The notes below the pieces were generated by a model, which made no database searches, had not been told where the DNA came from, and saw only the letters and a list, made by a program, of their open reading frames with translations. The translations under genes and the position numbers were made by a program. A DNA stretch of 64,000 nt from Eledone cirrhosa. Lineage: Eukaryota. Positions 1 through 13,645 of this stretch are shown here, in pieces (positions within the stretch are counted from its first letter, which is position 1; each line of letters opens with the position of its first letter). The DNA is taken from positions 157,666,001 through 157,730,000 of the forward strand of contig OZ024742.1 of the NCBI GenBank assembly GCA_964016885.1, written 5' to 3'.

Positions 1-623
1 TATAGATTAAATGGAGTATTATACCAAGTAACACGTCTATTACGGTTTCGATGTTGTTTTCTTTATTTTAGACGATGTATCCTGATGTTTACTAAGAGAA
101 TTAGTATTAGTGATTTTATTACACATATTTTTAGTTAGATTCATTGATTCAGGTGTTTTAGCCTGATTAATTAGGAATTTTGTTATTAACATATATTGGA
201 ATATTAGGATGAATGGTTTTTTGAAAGTTATCATATTGTATATTAGAAGAGTTAGAGAAATTAAGTTTTAAGTTGGTATTTTTTAGTATAGTGTGAGTGG
301 CATTTAGGTGTGTATATTTCATTTGGTGTTTGTTGGTAATATTGGGTTGTATGTTTTGTAGTATTATTGGTACAAGGTATATATACTAATTTGTTTTTGT
401 GGCCGCTTCTAGCTAAAGCTTCGTTATAAAAGGTCGCATTTTTATCGAATACATCCTGGTTAGATGAAAGCTTAGAAATTCTGAGTGAGATATTATATGC
501 TAGGTTTTTACGGATAGATTTAGGGTGATTAGATTGTGAGGAGTGTACGTAATGTAAGTTTTGGTTAGTGTTATGGTAAGGTTGGTAGATACCCGTAAAT
601 AAGTCTAATGTTATATCAATGAA
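1..623 (-). mobile_element. Penelope-like retroelement fragment (RT C-terminal/thumb region), degenerate
   Basis: Minus strand 623->390 translates FIDITLDLFTGIYQPYHNTNQNLHYVHSSQSNHPKSIRKNLAYNISLRISKLSSNQDVF..FYNEALARSGH. The same motif occurs in the PLE fragments at 23700, 44300 and 63500. Confidence 0.8.
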
Positions 624-694
624 GAATTAATAAATTAAATAATCAGAGCAATATATCATAAATCATATCCTTAGAATTATTAGATAAAATAGAT

Positions 695-1370
695 ACCATT
701 TCCTCTCCTAATTAGCATAATTAACCATATAAAAAATCAATTAGACCAGGTTATAAGAATAAAGGCTCTTATGAAGAAATTTCCGACAAATTAGCGAAAG
801 CGGCCTCTTCGCGGTGGCCTCGATAGAGTATTTATCCAACATTTCAACAGCATGTAGAAACTGACCAAATATACCGTCAATCATACACAATTAGGTGTAA
901 ATTCAAACTTAGAAGAAATGTGTACATACCGTAATTATATCTCTATGGTTTCTAACTTGACCACTGCCACGTCACGATTCTTAGCCATGTTTTAATCTAT
1001 TTTTGGCGCGATCACTTTGAAAATTAAATGTCTAATTTTTAGTTCACTCCTGATGAGTCCGATACTCTGGACATATCCTGTTATTCGATGTCTAAAAATA
1101 CGGACGAAACCATGGTAGAGATATAATTACTCTATGTACACATTTCTTCTAAGTTTGAATTTACACCTAATTGTGTATGGTTGACGGTATAATTTATTCA
1201 GTTTCTACATGCTGTTGAAATGTTGGATAAATACTCCATCGGGGCCAACGCGAAGAGGCGGCTTTCGGTTATTTGTCGGAAATTTCTTCATAGGAGCCTT
1301 TATTCTTGTAGCTTGGTCTAATTGTTTTTTATATGATTAATTATGCTAATTGGGAGAGGAAATGGTATAC
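695..1370. repeat. Inverted repeat (~255-bp arms, ~697-952 and ~1106-1368) with a hammerhead at the inner end of the right arm; PLE pseudo-LTR-like
   Basis: The left arm catttcctctcc...ctctatggtttc is a diverged reverse complement of gaaaccatggtagag...gagaggaaatg. Confidence 0.85.
1047..1120 (+). ncRNA. Type I hammerhead ribozyme
   Basis: ctc-CTGATGA-gtccg..(inner hairpin gacat/atgtc)..cggac-GAAA-ccatg-GTA-gag. Stem III is palindromic (accatggt) and the cleavage triplet is GUA. Confidence 0.85.
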
Positions 1371-1378
1371 ATGATTTA

Positions 1379-1420
<42 letters not shown>

Positions 1421-1422
<2 letters not shown>

Positions 1423-1849
1423 CAGAGTGCTTCAAAAGGCTTATGGACAAATGATAGTTGGAAAAAACGATTTACGTAATGATATCTTTTATCATATGGT
1501 CCATCTAGATCAATAAACTTCTGCAAGCGTTGATAGCAGCCTTTAAGTTCATCTGTGTTAATTTAATGTCAAAGAAGCTTTTCTCTACAACGTCAACCTC
1601 ATCTCTTCCACTTCTAAAACGACTTATCCATTTGTAGGTTATTGATATCTTTGTCCTCATAACCTTGTTCCAGAGCGTCAATGATTTGGCTGTTCTTCCA
1701 CCCTAGCTTCACCATGAAGTCCATTTTGTTCGAGCGTGTGACTGCGTTGCAATGTTTACGAGAACGTACAGGTTCATGGAGACGAAAACACCTTCATATG
1801 ACTTTTAGCTTTGTACTTTTTCCATGAACGTTTTCAAGCACCCGAGCAA
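1421..1849 (-). mobile_element. Internally deleted mariner (Hsmar2/irritans-like) DNA transposon
   Basis: Degenerate TIRs at ~1421-1450 (gagtgcttcaaaaggcttatggacaa) and ~1818-1849 (rc gggtgcttgaaaacgttcatggaaaa). The N-terminus MDFMVKLGWKNSQIIDAL..YKWISRFRSGRDEV lies close to the C-terminus GCYQRLQKFIDLDGPYDK, and both resemble Hsmar2 transposase termini as recalled. Confidence 0.75.
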
Positions 1850-1853
1850 ATAA

Positions 1854-1854
<1 letters not shown>

Positions 1855-1933
<79 letters not shown>

Positions 1934-1952
1934 ATATATATATATATATGTA

Positions 1953-2030
<78 letters not shown>

Positions 2031-2049
2031 GCACACACACACGCACATA

Positions 2050-2105
<56 letters not shown>

Positions 2106-2285
2106 CAGACACATACACACACATATTTATATACACATTTATATATATATACACACATATTTATATATATGTATATATATACATTCACATATATACATAT
2201 ATACATATACAAATATACATATAAATATATATTCATAGGCGTATATATATGCGCACGCACGTTCATGTGAGTGTGTGTGTGTGTT
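1855..2285. repeat. Compound (CA)n/(TA)n microsatellite
   Basis: Seen directly; explains the overlapping YI/CV ORFs. Confidence 0.95.
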
Positions 2286-3500
2286 TTATTAATTATTCAA
2301 TTAGTTAGACAGCTAGGTAGATCGATAGATAATCGTGTACGCATTTATTGTAATGATAGCTTCTCAGTTTATCAAAGAGGCAGGACAGATTGATTTCCTT
2401 CAAACACTATATATATATAGTTATTGCGTTAAATATTTAGATATATTGCGTATAGATATAGATAGAAGAATGAGAAAGAAGATAGAGAATAAGACAGATT
2501 CATTTATATATAAAACCAATTTACTATATAAGATTTTGCCTACTTAATTCGAGACGTCATTGGAGACGTCACTCTGTGGCTAAGTTTAGCATTTGATGTA
2601 CATCTGAGAAGGTTTTACGGCAGATTCTGTACGGGAACAATCATGAAAACCACGTGCAATAGAATAGCTGAGCTGCGTGGATATCTAATCCAATTTATTT
2701 AAGCTGGTCTATACTCTCATGTCTAAACTTCCAAGTGTCAATTCACGAAATAATATTTGATATGAAATGAAGCATAATTTCGAAGGAGTCACGAGAGATA
2801 GGTTGGAGATTTTATTGATCAGTTTATAAAATAATTGTGAGTACGTGCATATTCGATGATAGAATTCTTCCTCTTTATATCTCTGTTCTATTTCTAACTT
2901 TAGTTAAAGCGAAATAAAAGTTGCAGATACCCTTATTTTCTTTATCAATTTTATCGAGTGAGAGAAACATTGGTCACCGAATTTACAGTGTACTATTCAA
3001 TAGAAACGTCGCTATTTAAATGTCGATGACATGTCGATCGAAGTGTAGATGTAGCTTTTAGATTCGCTTCTGTTCCGTTTTATTTAAAGAATATAAACAT
3101 AGCCATTACATAAACTCTCAAATTTTAAATATGTGGAGAGATGAATAAAATAATTTATATAATTATTATTACTTCCCTGGTCTCAAAATTATTCAAGAAT
3201 TTATAGTAAAAAGCAAGAAAGTTCGATTTCTAATTTCCGATTTCATGAGGCAACATGCATAAATTGAAAAATATCAGTTTTTTATAACATAATATAAATA
3301 GTTTCCGGTTTGTATCTCATTTGTATTTACGCCCTCCATAGTGAATTGCAAAATAATTCGTCAATAATATTAGTAAGCACAGGATTATAAGGTAGAAATC
3401 TGATGTAGAATAATATAACACTATTTATATTAAAATATAGTTACGAAATGAGCAATATATATTTCGTACATCACTACAAACATAATGTTCGGGAAAGGTG

Positions 3501-3501
<1 letters not shown>

Positions 3502-3590
<89 letters not shown>

Positions 3591-3679
3591 ATATCTCTCT
3601 CTCTCTCTTTCTCTTTTTGTTTCTCTCTCTCTCTCTCTCTCTCTTTCTATCTCTCTCTCTCTCTCTTTCTCTTTTTGTT

Positions 3680-3712
<33 letters not shown>

Positions 3713-3749
3713 GTCTATCTATATATCTATCTACCTACCTATCTATCTG

Positions 3750-3780
<31 letters not shown>

Positions 3781-3835
3781 ATGTATATGTGAGTGTGTAT
3801 GTATATGTGAGTGTGTATATATATGTGTGTGTGTG
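3502..3835. repeat. Compound (CT)n/(TATC)n/(TG)n microsatellite
   Basis: Seen directly. Confidence 0.95.
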
Positions 3836-4688
3836 CTTCATGGCTTTGTATACGAGGGAAATGGTTGTATGCGTGGGTAACCAAGAGTTTGTGTATGGGA
3901 GAGGATGAAACTTCCACTCAGGCAATAACAGATAATGAGATTTAAATTGGACGCAAATTGTTGGAATCCAAGAAATAAAGTGTGTTGACCTCTTCCTCAT
4001 CTATCTATTTCTTCTCTCTCACATATTAATAGAATATATAATAATTTTACATCTCACTTTTAACAAAGCTTCCCCGTTTTCTAAATATCATATTGAAAAC
4101 ATTTTAATCGCAGTAATTTGTGTAGACGGATGTAGATATCTGCTACGTTTTATGACGAATCTTTGAAAAGCTGTTTCAAGCCATACAACTTCCCATCTTA
4201 TAATATAGATATGCAAGCAGATGAGCTTTGAATTATTCTTCCGGCACATTACTTTTTGAGTTTTAAACATACCTAAGTCAACATTGCCTTTCATCCTTGC
4301 CGGGCCGATAACATAGGGTACCACGCATGTGCATGTGTCGATGTATTCACGTAAACTCTAACCACAATAATTTGTTAGACCTGTGCTTAAATAACAATCC
4401 ATTAGATAGATACGCATGCATCCATGCTTTAAATAAAACACATTTAGTTCTTTACAATTACAGTTGTTCTATAAATGATTACGCCAGTAACAATCATCAA
4501 GCAATGTTTAGCTGAACTGTACTGAACATATCTGAAACCTGACATTGTATAAATTCAAGAGACCCACAAATATGGCAGGTATATCTCAATATACAGGACA
4601 CAGGGTGAAGTCTTGGGTGATGAGATCATGAATTTACATATTATTGTATTGATATAAGAATATATACCAATGTAATTCTGCACCTCCT

Positions 4689-4756
<68 letters not shown>

Positions 4757-5159
4757 GGAAAAAATGAAACGAAATTTCATTTCCCACTCTTAGTACGGCT
4801 GTTACTTAAATATAAGTATGTCCACGTACATACATATATGTATACAGACGCGTACAGTAGTATGTATATATACATACATGCACACATATATATATGTACG
4901 TATGGATTCACCGAACATTTATATATATATATACAGGGAGAGAGCGAGAGAGAGCGAGAGAGAGAGGGGGGGGCGAGCCTGCAGTGCGGATACGGGGACA
5001 CCACTGATCATGGGAGTACTCTATGACTCTATGCATGAAACGATGCAGCGTGGGTAGAGAGATAGATAAAATCCGAACCATTTGGCGCCGGGGACTGGAT
5101 TTTACCTATTTCCACACACACACATACACCCACACACGCCCACACACATATACACACAT

Positions 5160-5202
<43 letters not shown>

Positions 5203-5393
5203 TATATATTTGGGTGCACGCAGGCTCACACTTACGTAGATGAGCGTGCATGTGTTTCTGCGGTAAAGCATCAAATGCTTCACTGTATGCTATTTTTATT
5301 CTATTGACTGACTCGCTTCGAGAATCCTGTCTGGTTGATCAAATGAATTACTCGTCAATAAATCGATTACTTGGCATCCATTGACCCGATTTG

Positions 5394-5469
<76 letters not shown>

Positions 5470-5612
5470 CATATATGTGTTTGTTTAATGCGTATGTATG
5501 TATCCATGCATAGGTGCATGTATGCTTCTATGCATGTATATATATCTATATACACATGCATGTATAAAAGCATGCATGCATGTATATGCATTTTTGTATC
5601 TATGTATATATG

Positions 5613-5651
<39 letters not shown>

Positions 5652-5939
5652 ATGATCATATGTATGCATGTAGGTGTATATGTATGGAAATTCGTATATA
5701 TGATTTAAACTGCATTTCATTATAGCAAAGAAGGGACAAACAGCATACACACTAGTGAGGGCCAAATCTAAAATATTTTTGCCCTTAGTAAGAGATCCTC
5801 TTCATGCAGATGATGCACAATGTTTTTGCTATATGCAAAATGATATTCAATTAATATTTCATCCTTTGATGTCGCTATAAATATATTTTGTCTTTCTTCG
5901 TATTTGAAGACGTTTATGTAAAACCCAATTGCTGACAAC

Positions 5940-6600
5940 CGATATATTCCCCCTTCATAATTGTAAAGGTTAAATTATTGAATGTAGTTGACAGATTTAG
6001 TTATTTTAGCGGTACTTTCTGAAATTGATTGCCTAAAAAATGAGATTTCTTAGAGTATTCAAAAAGTATCTGATGCATTTGGAAAACTAAAACAGCGGGT
6101 ATGGGACCAGTGTGAAAATAAACTTACGGCAAAATGTATGGTATAATGTACTTTTTTCTCGACCTCACTTTACTGCCCCGAGACTACACAAGTGCAACAT
6201 GGGAAATATTTCTTCAAAACTGCAAACGGAGACTCTTTAACCTATCCAGGAGGAAATGCAAATTAAAGCAAAGAATGAATAACTTTGAAGAGACATGTTT
6301 TAGATATGGTGAACCTACAAGTGCTGCACGAAGACAGTACATATCCAGTTTTACTGAATTTCTTTATTTGAAATCTCATTTAAAGGAATTTACATACGAC
6401 GGGAACAGATATTGTATTCGGCAAATTTGCAACAAGATGCAATTCATCCGGTGATAACTTCATCCGGTGATAACATTATAAAACCCACGAAGATAAGAAG
6501 GTTTCACTGGTGAATACATTACAGTCTATACGCTCTAATAACAACTGACACTCAGCTAAATGTCTGGACTAAAAAGCCACTTAAGTACTCATATGTAGAA
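5940..6600 (+). mobile_element. Highly decayed non-LTR retrotransposon 3' remnant
   Basis: Broken frames such as IQKVSDAFGKLKQRVWDQ resemble the post-RT region of RTE/L2-type LINEs. Confidence 0.4.
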
Positions 6601-9594
6601 ATCTCTGTGCTTAATATAATACAAATTTGCACATCTGAGATGATTCTCGTTCATCAAATGATAACAATATTATATATATACAATTGCATGTGAAGGTACA
6701 TGAAAATATGTGCTTTGTTACCTGAGAGTGAGGTTAGTCCACCGTGACTGAGAGTCACCTGGTCTTGGTTAGGACTTCAAACGAGGAGATATTAACCTGC
6801 GTCTCGACTGCAGCGAAAAGTTGTTGACCTTTCCTTCTATTTAGATACCTGTCACTGTTATTCGGAGGTGGGGATTGGTCCAGTGCAAAGCCTATCTTCA
6901 CTTAAATATGATTCAAGCACAAGTATACATTTATCTAAATATCTTACACATGTTTTGAACATGGCTGGCCGTAATCGATTTTTTCTCACTACAGCATATG
7001 CAAGAATTAATGGAAAATTTGGTAGAACTGCGACGTCAAGTTCTTGCCACCCATGTGTGAGAAACATATCAAGTGATGACAGATCCCGAAGGCGATGTAT
7101 AACAATCACTTTTTCCTTAGAAGGACGAATCAGGAAAACCTTCTAAAGAAATCAACCTAGTTTTTGTAGCCTTAGAATTTGATTACCACAATTTTATTGA
7201 TTAATATAATTTCTAAATTTACAATGAAGTGATACTTGAAAGCATACTGTTAAGCGAGTAGACAAAAGTAAAAGGATCTCCTTGGATACGACAATGAGTG
7301 TTTCATTTAGGGAATCAATAGACACACTTGCATCTGAAGCCACATATTTCTCAGTGATCTTCAGTGTAACAGTCTGTTTGACAAGTCAGATCCTTTGATT
7401 CAAGAATATATCCGTTGGACTTTCAAAAGTATCTATTTAGCCCATTTTGTATATAGCGAGAGCTGACCCAAGGCTATGATAAATGACATTTCCTCAATGT
7501 TACAGGCATTGTGATAAATCCACTGGATTATATAATTATAGCAGAGTAAATTAATATATTTTCTAGCTTGCTTACTTCCTAGATTCGCGTTCATATTTTA
7601 TGGATTATACATTATATATTATTTCATTCTATAAATATATTCATTTGTCTGTCTCTGTCAACCTATTACTTCATCACTTCATCTATCCGTGTTTGTCAAC
7701 GCATTCGTCTCTCACCCTATGATTTCTATCTAATTTTTTTAATTAGCTCACATATATTATTGTACTGTGCAATGTCATAGGTTTGTTCTGATGGAAGCAT
7801 ATGACACCAATTGATAGCTAGCTGACATTGCCTTCGTAAGCACAGTGCAAAAAGACATTTGCTGCAAATAAGCTCGCAATGTATTTGGACTAGTTTGTTT
7901 GCTTGAGAAGTTGGTCGCTGATTTCCTGTTGAAGATGCAATCTATATCCCGAACTGAATCTTGGCTTTTGATGTTAATGACTCAGAATTGCAGAGGAGCT
8001 TCCGTTTCATCGCCCACCGTTCCAGTACCTCTCCGAGAGATTCCCCATTCAAATGTATCCAACTTACCCGACGATGATAAAAAGGTGTTATATTTAGTAG
8101 TCACATTCTGACTCACATGTATATAAATACAGTGCAGAGAGGAATACCATGTATATATTCCATCCTATTATGTCAGAACAGGTTATATTTAAATATTTCA
8201 TGAACTGATGAGGGGGTGTGTGCTCTGATAAGGACACACTATCCAGCTATGCCTTAGAGTAACGTGTTATATGGCGCGTTGTGTTCATAGGAATAATTGA
8301 AATGGGTTATAGTTCATAGATCATTCTTTCCAAACATATCGCATGTTAAGTGAACCCACTCAAGTTTCCCGTGCCATCCCCATTTCCGTCGTCGTTAGGC
8401 AGCGATAGATGCGATAAGTACTGGGCTCTAAATAATGAATACCTTTTACTTCCGCATGCAGAGCGAATATGTTGGAGAAAAGGATTTCATAACGTGTCAT
8501 TCCTTTCAGCATTATCGATGAGAGATGAGAAACGTGGTTTCTGGACGAAATGGGAAAAGCGACGAAGACTTTCAATAATTTAAATGTGCCTATGTAAATT
8601 TCTTACTGCATTAATATTTAGAGTTACAACTATAATAAAATCCCGTTTTAAATATATAAATGAAAGCCGTGGGTATATCAAGCCAGCATTGCAATTGAGT
8701 TTATTGTCAGAAGGCTGTCAGTAGATAACTCTCCATTCATTACTAAACATGCTATCCAAACCAAAGAATTCATAAAATCATATAATGGAAAATGCCATGT
8801 ACAAAACGGAAGTTTCACTTCCATTCATTTCCTATATATTTATCAGACACGTCAGTATCCAAAAAGAACTTTTTCAAAAGCGTGTATAAAGAATACATCA
8901 CTGCGAAACTTTTTTTCTTTCTACTCTCCAAAAGTTAAACAATTACCAACTTGTATTGTTATTCCCCACTCAAATCTACATGTTTGCTTGCTGCGCAAAT
9001 ATATCCACTTATTTATGATATATATAGTACTATATATATACTATATATATATGCATGTATGTGTGCGCATGTGTGTGTGTATGATTATATGTATGTATTT
9101 CTTTGAAAATATATTGTTATGTAAAGTAAAACATTTCTTGATCATTTGCCAAAGAAATATATATAAACATAGTAAATATCGGTTGTTATTCCTTTCTTAT
9201 TCGACCACTAAATTTCTGCACTTCATCGATTGCCTACGAACGGTAGATATGTATCTTTAGTTGGAACATAGCAACGGAGGATATATATCGTGTTCATAGT
9301 AGGTCAAATAATATGAAATTTGTACATTTTTCAACAACAGCATTTCACTCTTTGCCTATACTGTAATTGGCAATTGTATTGATAAAGCCAACAGTAAAGG
9401 CAATGGGAAGCTTTTGTAGACAGGAAAATTACGATAAGCTGATCTCAATTCCAGTCTAAGACTGCTGTAAAACTTATTTATGTCATTCACACATGCACAA
9501 TTCATATTTTCCTTCTATTGATCCAGTACAAAGTTCAGAGCAACCGTCTCCCAGCGCATGCCAAACACCCACTAATGTAAAACTCTAATTATGT

Positions 9595-9794
9595 NNNNNN
9601 NNNNNNNNNNNNNNNNNNNNNNNNNNNNNNNNNNNNNNNNNNNNNNNNNNNNNNNNNNNNNNNNNNNNNNNNNNNNNNNNNNNNNNNNNNNNNNNNNNNN
9701 NNNNNNNNNNNNNNNNNNNNNNNNNNNNNNNNNNNNNNNNNNNNNNNNNNNNNNNNNNNNNNNNNNNNNNNNNNNNNNNNNNNNNNNNNNNNNN
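9595..9794. other. Assembly gap (200 N)
   Basis: Run of n. Confidence 1.
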
Positions 9795-10289
9795 TGTGTG
9801 TAAGTGTGTACATAAATATGTACATAAAATTACTGCATAATGCTCGATCAAGATGTTAGCCAAGTAAAAGAAAAGAAGAAATAAAAAATAAGTAGAGAAA
9901 TATGGAAGAAAAAAATATAAGTTTTAAAAATCAGTCGTTTAGGGAATAATTCAAAAGATATTACAAATCCTACTCCGGAGAAATAAGTGATTTTGAAAGA
10001 TTCTTAGCGCATATATTACAAGGAAGTGATTTTCGCCTTGTCAATACGCAGTCGAAAGTTGAAAGCGATCCAAAAGTGAACATTGACCGTTGTGTAGTTA
10101 ATAAGCAAACATTGTTTCACAATACATCTTAGTGAAGCCTTGCAAGAAAATGCAGCAACAACAATAATAATAGAAACAACAACAAAAGTAGATACGCTAA
10201 GAGCGACAGAAACAGAGTATTCAGTACGAATAACAAAATCTAGTAAACAAAAAAGGGGGGAAAAAACAGAACTGCAATCGATTTAAAAG

Positions 10290-10532
10290 AATAATAATAG
10301 GAGGAGTAAAAATAGTAATAAAAATAACAATGATAATAATAATAATACTAATGAGAAGAAGAAGTAGAAAAAGAAGAAGAAGAAGAAGAAGAAGAACAAC
10401 AACAACAACAACAACAACAACATAAACAACAACAGCAACAACATAAACAACAACAACATAAACAACAACAACAACAAACACTACAACAAAAACACAACAG
10501 CAAAAACAACAACAATAATAACAACAACAACA
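10290..10532. repeat. Compound trinucleotide microsatellite (AAT/AAG/AAC)n
   Basis: Seen directly. Confidence 0.9.
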
Positions 10533-11112
10533 GTACAAGGCTGCGGAATACATCCATCAATAATGCTGTGGTTCTCTGGAAGCTACAGAGAATTATCAAA
10601 TAAAGCAGCAGTGTTTTTATTTAAACGAAGCCAAATAAGTTTATATGCGTACATACACCGCATACTCAGGAGGGTGTATGTATGTAGGAGTGTAAATATA
10701 TATATATATATATATACATAATATATAGGAGGAGGTTATAGTTCACTTGAAGCATTGTGTAATGAGGTATAAACGTTTGTATATGTATAATAAAGCCAAA
10801 ACAATGCAGGTATGGACATAAAATAAAGAATGCAAATGCAAAAGATATTGTTGACAATTAGTCTTTTACCTTAGATTTATTTAAATGTCCTTAATTTTCG
10901 AGATAATATCTCTTCTTCAGAGGGAAGTAGAGCTGTTAAACCAGTGTTCTAAATAGCTTGCCAAGTCATGCTGACAGGAAATGCTATAGAGTATCTATTC
11001 TATCTCTAATGTCAAACTTCACCACGCCACACTTATATACACATATAAATACATCTGTGTATATATATATATTCATGTATCTATGTGTATATATATATAT
11101 TCATGTATTATG

Positions 11113-11174
<62 letters not shown>

Positions 11175-11181
11175 CACATAT

Positions 11182-11212
<31 letters not shown>

Positions 11213-11273
11213 AATATATACATAAATATATATATATGTATATATATACACACATATACACATATATATATAC

Positions 11274-11365
<92 letters not shown>

Positions 11366-11894
11366 AGATAATTTAATATATCAACTAACATAGGCGCACA
11401 GATGTACTAATTAGTTGGAGTGAAAATTTAAGTAAGTAAGTAAAAAATTTTTTTTAAATTTCTTTTAAAATATTTTCTTATTTTACGTCTTTTATATTAT
11501 TGTTCTGCACCCTCCTGCATTGAACCACCTAGGTACTATGACATAACCTGTGTATTTGCTGGCATGGACGTACATCTGTGCGCCTATGTTAGTTGATATA
11601 TTAAATTATCTATATTTATCTCCAAATCACTGATTTGTCGAGCAAACCTGCCAAAACCACTTCAAAATTTTTTTTTTGGGGTGTTAGTAGGCGTCAGTCA
11701 TCTTACCATCCCATTCCTTCTAACTGGCCTCTATGTCACGTGATTGATTCTTTAGAATCGGCCATTTGACTGGAAGCAGTGAGAATTTCAGTACATAGAA
11801 TCCAGTCCTCGCCTAGCTGTTCTTTCTACCGAATTATTATTTTTATATGAGCCGCCAGTGTCCGCGCATTGCCTGGAGGCTCAGCTGAGAATAG

Positions 11895-11976
11895 ACTCCC
11901 TGATGACGCAATGAATTCTCGACAGTTGGATTATGTAACTGTCTTTATCCCATTGCAGAAACTAATTAGTTGGAGT
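11895..11976 (+). ncRNA. Type I hammerhead ribozyme, array copy 1
   Basis: actcc-CTGATGA-c-gcaatg..(gacagtt/aactgtc hairpin)..cattgc-a-GAAA-ctaatta-GTT-ggagt. Confidence 0.85.
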
Positions 11977-12451
11977 GAAAATTTAAGTAAGTAAGTAAAA
12001 ACTTTTAAAAAAATTTTTTTTAAAATATTTTCTTATTTTACGTCTTTTATATTATTGTTCTGCACCCTCCTGCATTGAACCACCTAGGTACTATGACATA
12101 ACCTGTGTATTTGCTGGCATGGACGTACATCTGTGCGCCTATGTTAGTTGATATATTAAATTATCTATATTTATCTCCAAATCACTGATTTGTCGAGCAA
12201 ACCTGCCAAAACCACTTCAACATTTTTTTTTTGGGGGGTGTTAGTAGGCGTCAGTCATCTTACCATCCCATTCCTTCTAACTGGCCTCTATGTCACGTGA
12301 TTGATTCTTTAGAATCGGCCATTTGACTGGAAGCAGTGAGAATTTCAGTACATAGAATCCAGTCCTCGCCTAGCTGTTCTTTCTACCGAATTATTATTTT
12401 TATATGAGCCGCCAGTGTCCGCGCATTGCCTGGAGGCTCAGCTGAGAATAG

Positions 12452-12533
12452 ACTCCCTGATGACGCAATGAATTCTCGACAGTTGGATTATGTAACTGTC
12501 TTTATCCCATTGCAGAAACTAATTAGTTGGAGT
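12452..12533 (+). ncRNA. Type I hammerhead ribozyme, array copy 2
   Basis: Same sequence as copy 1. Confidence 0.85.
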
Positions 12534-13007
12534 GAAAATTTAAGTAAGTAAGTAAAAAATTTTTAAAAAATTTTTTTTTAAATATTTTCTTATTTTACGT
12601 CTTTTATATTATTGTTCTGCACCCTCCTGCATTGAACCACCTAGGTACTATGACATAACCTGTGTATTTGCTGGCATGGACGTACATCTGTGCGCCTATG
12701 TTAGCTGATATATTAAATTATCTATATTTATCTCCAAATCACTGATTTGTCGAGCAAACCTGCCAAAACCACTTCAAAATTTTTTTTTTGGGGGTGTTAG
12801 TAGGCGTCAGTCATCTTACCATCCCATTCCTTCTAACTGGCCTCTATGTCACGTGATTGATTCTTTAGAATCGGCCATTTGACTGGAAGCAGTGAGAATT
12901 TCAGTACATAGAATCCAGTCCTCGCCTAGCTGTTCTTTCTACCGAATTATTATTTTTATATGAGCCGCCAGTGTCCGCGCATTGCCTGGAGGCTCAGCTG
13001 AGAATAG

Positions 13008-13089
13008 ACTCCCTGATGACGCAATGAATTCTCGACAGTTGGATTATGTAACTGTCTTTATCCCATTGCAGAAACTAATTAGTTGGAGT
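13008..13089 (+). ncRNA. Type I hammerhead ribozyme, array copy 3
   Basis: Same sequence as copy 1. Confidence 0.85.
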
Positions 13090-13563
13090 GAAAATTTAAG
13101 TAAGTAAGTAAAAAATTTTTTTTTAATTTTTTTAAAAATATTTTCTTATTTTACGTCTTTTATATTATTGTTCTGCACCCTCCTGCATTGAACCACCTAG
13201 GTACTATGACATAACCTGTGTATTTGCTGGCATGGACGTACATCTGTGCGCCTATGTTAGTTGATATATTAAATTATCTATATTTATCACCAAATCACTG
13301 ATTTGTCGAGCAAACCTGCCAAAACCACTTCAACATTTTTTTTTGGGGGGTGTTAGTAGGCGTCAGTCATCTTACCATCCCATTCCTTCTAACTGGCCTC
13401 TATGTCACGTGATTGATTCTTTAGAATCGGCCATTTGACTGGAAGCAGTGAGAATTTCAGTACATAGAATCCAGTCCTCGCCTAGCTGTTCTTTCTACCG
13501 AATTATTATTTTTATATGAGCCGCCAGTGTCCGCGCATTGCCTGGAGGCTCAGCTGAGAATAG

Positions 13564-13645
13564 ACTCCCTGATGACGCAATGAATTCTCGACAGTTGGAT
13601 TATGTAACTGTCTTTATCCCATTGCAGAAACTAATTAGTTGGAGT
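13564..13645 (+). ncRNA. Type I hammerhead ribozyme, array copy 4
   Basis: Same sequence as copy 1, followed by a unique tail containing AATAAA. Confidence 0.85.

Noticed and set aside
1794-2270. Long overlapping YI/CV/SL/TH-rich ORFs here and throughout the window
   Set aside because: They are translations of dinucleotide microsatellites, not genes.
5004-5055. ctgatca..gaaacg..cgtg possible HHR
   Set aside because: Core G8 is lost and the triplet is GUG.
6858-7500. Coding-like stretch as a host exon
   Set aside because: No recognisable domain or exon chain; more likely decayed transposon sequence.
9585-9863. ORFs containing X runs
   Set aside because: Artefacts of the 200-N assembly gap.
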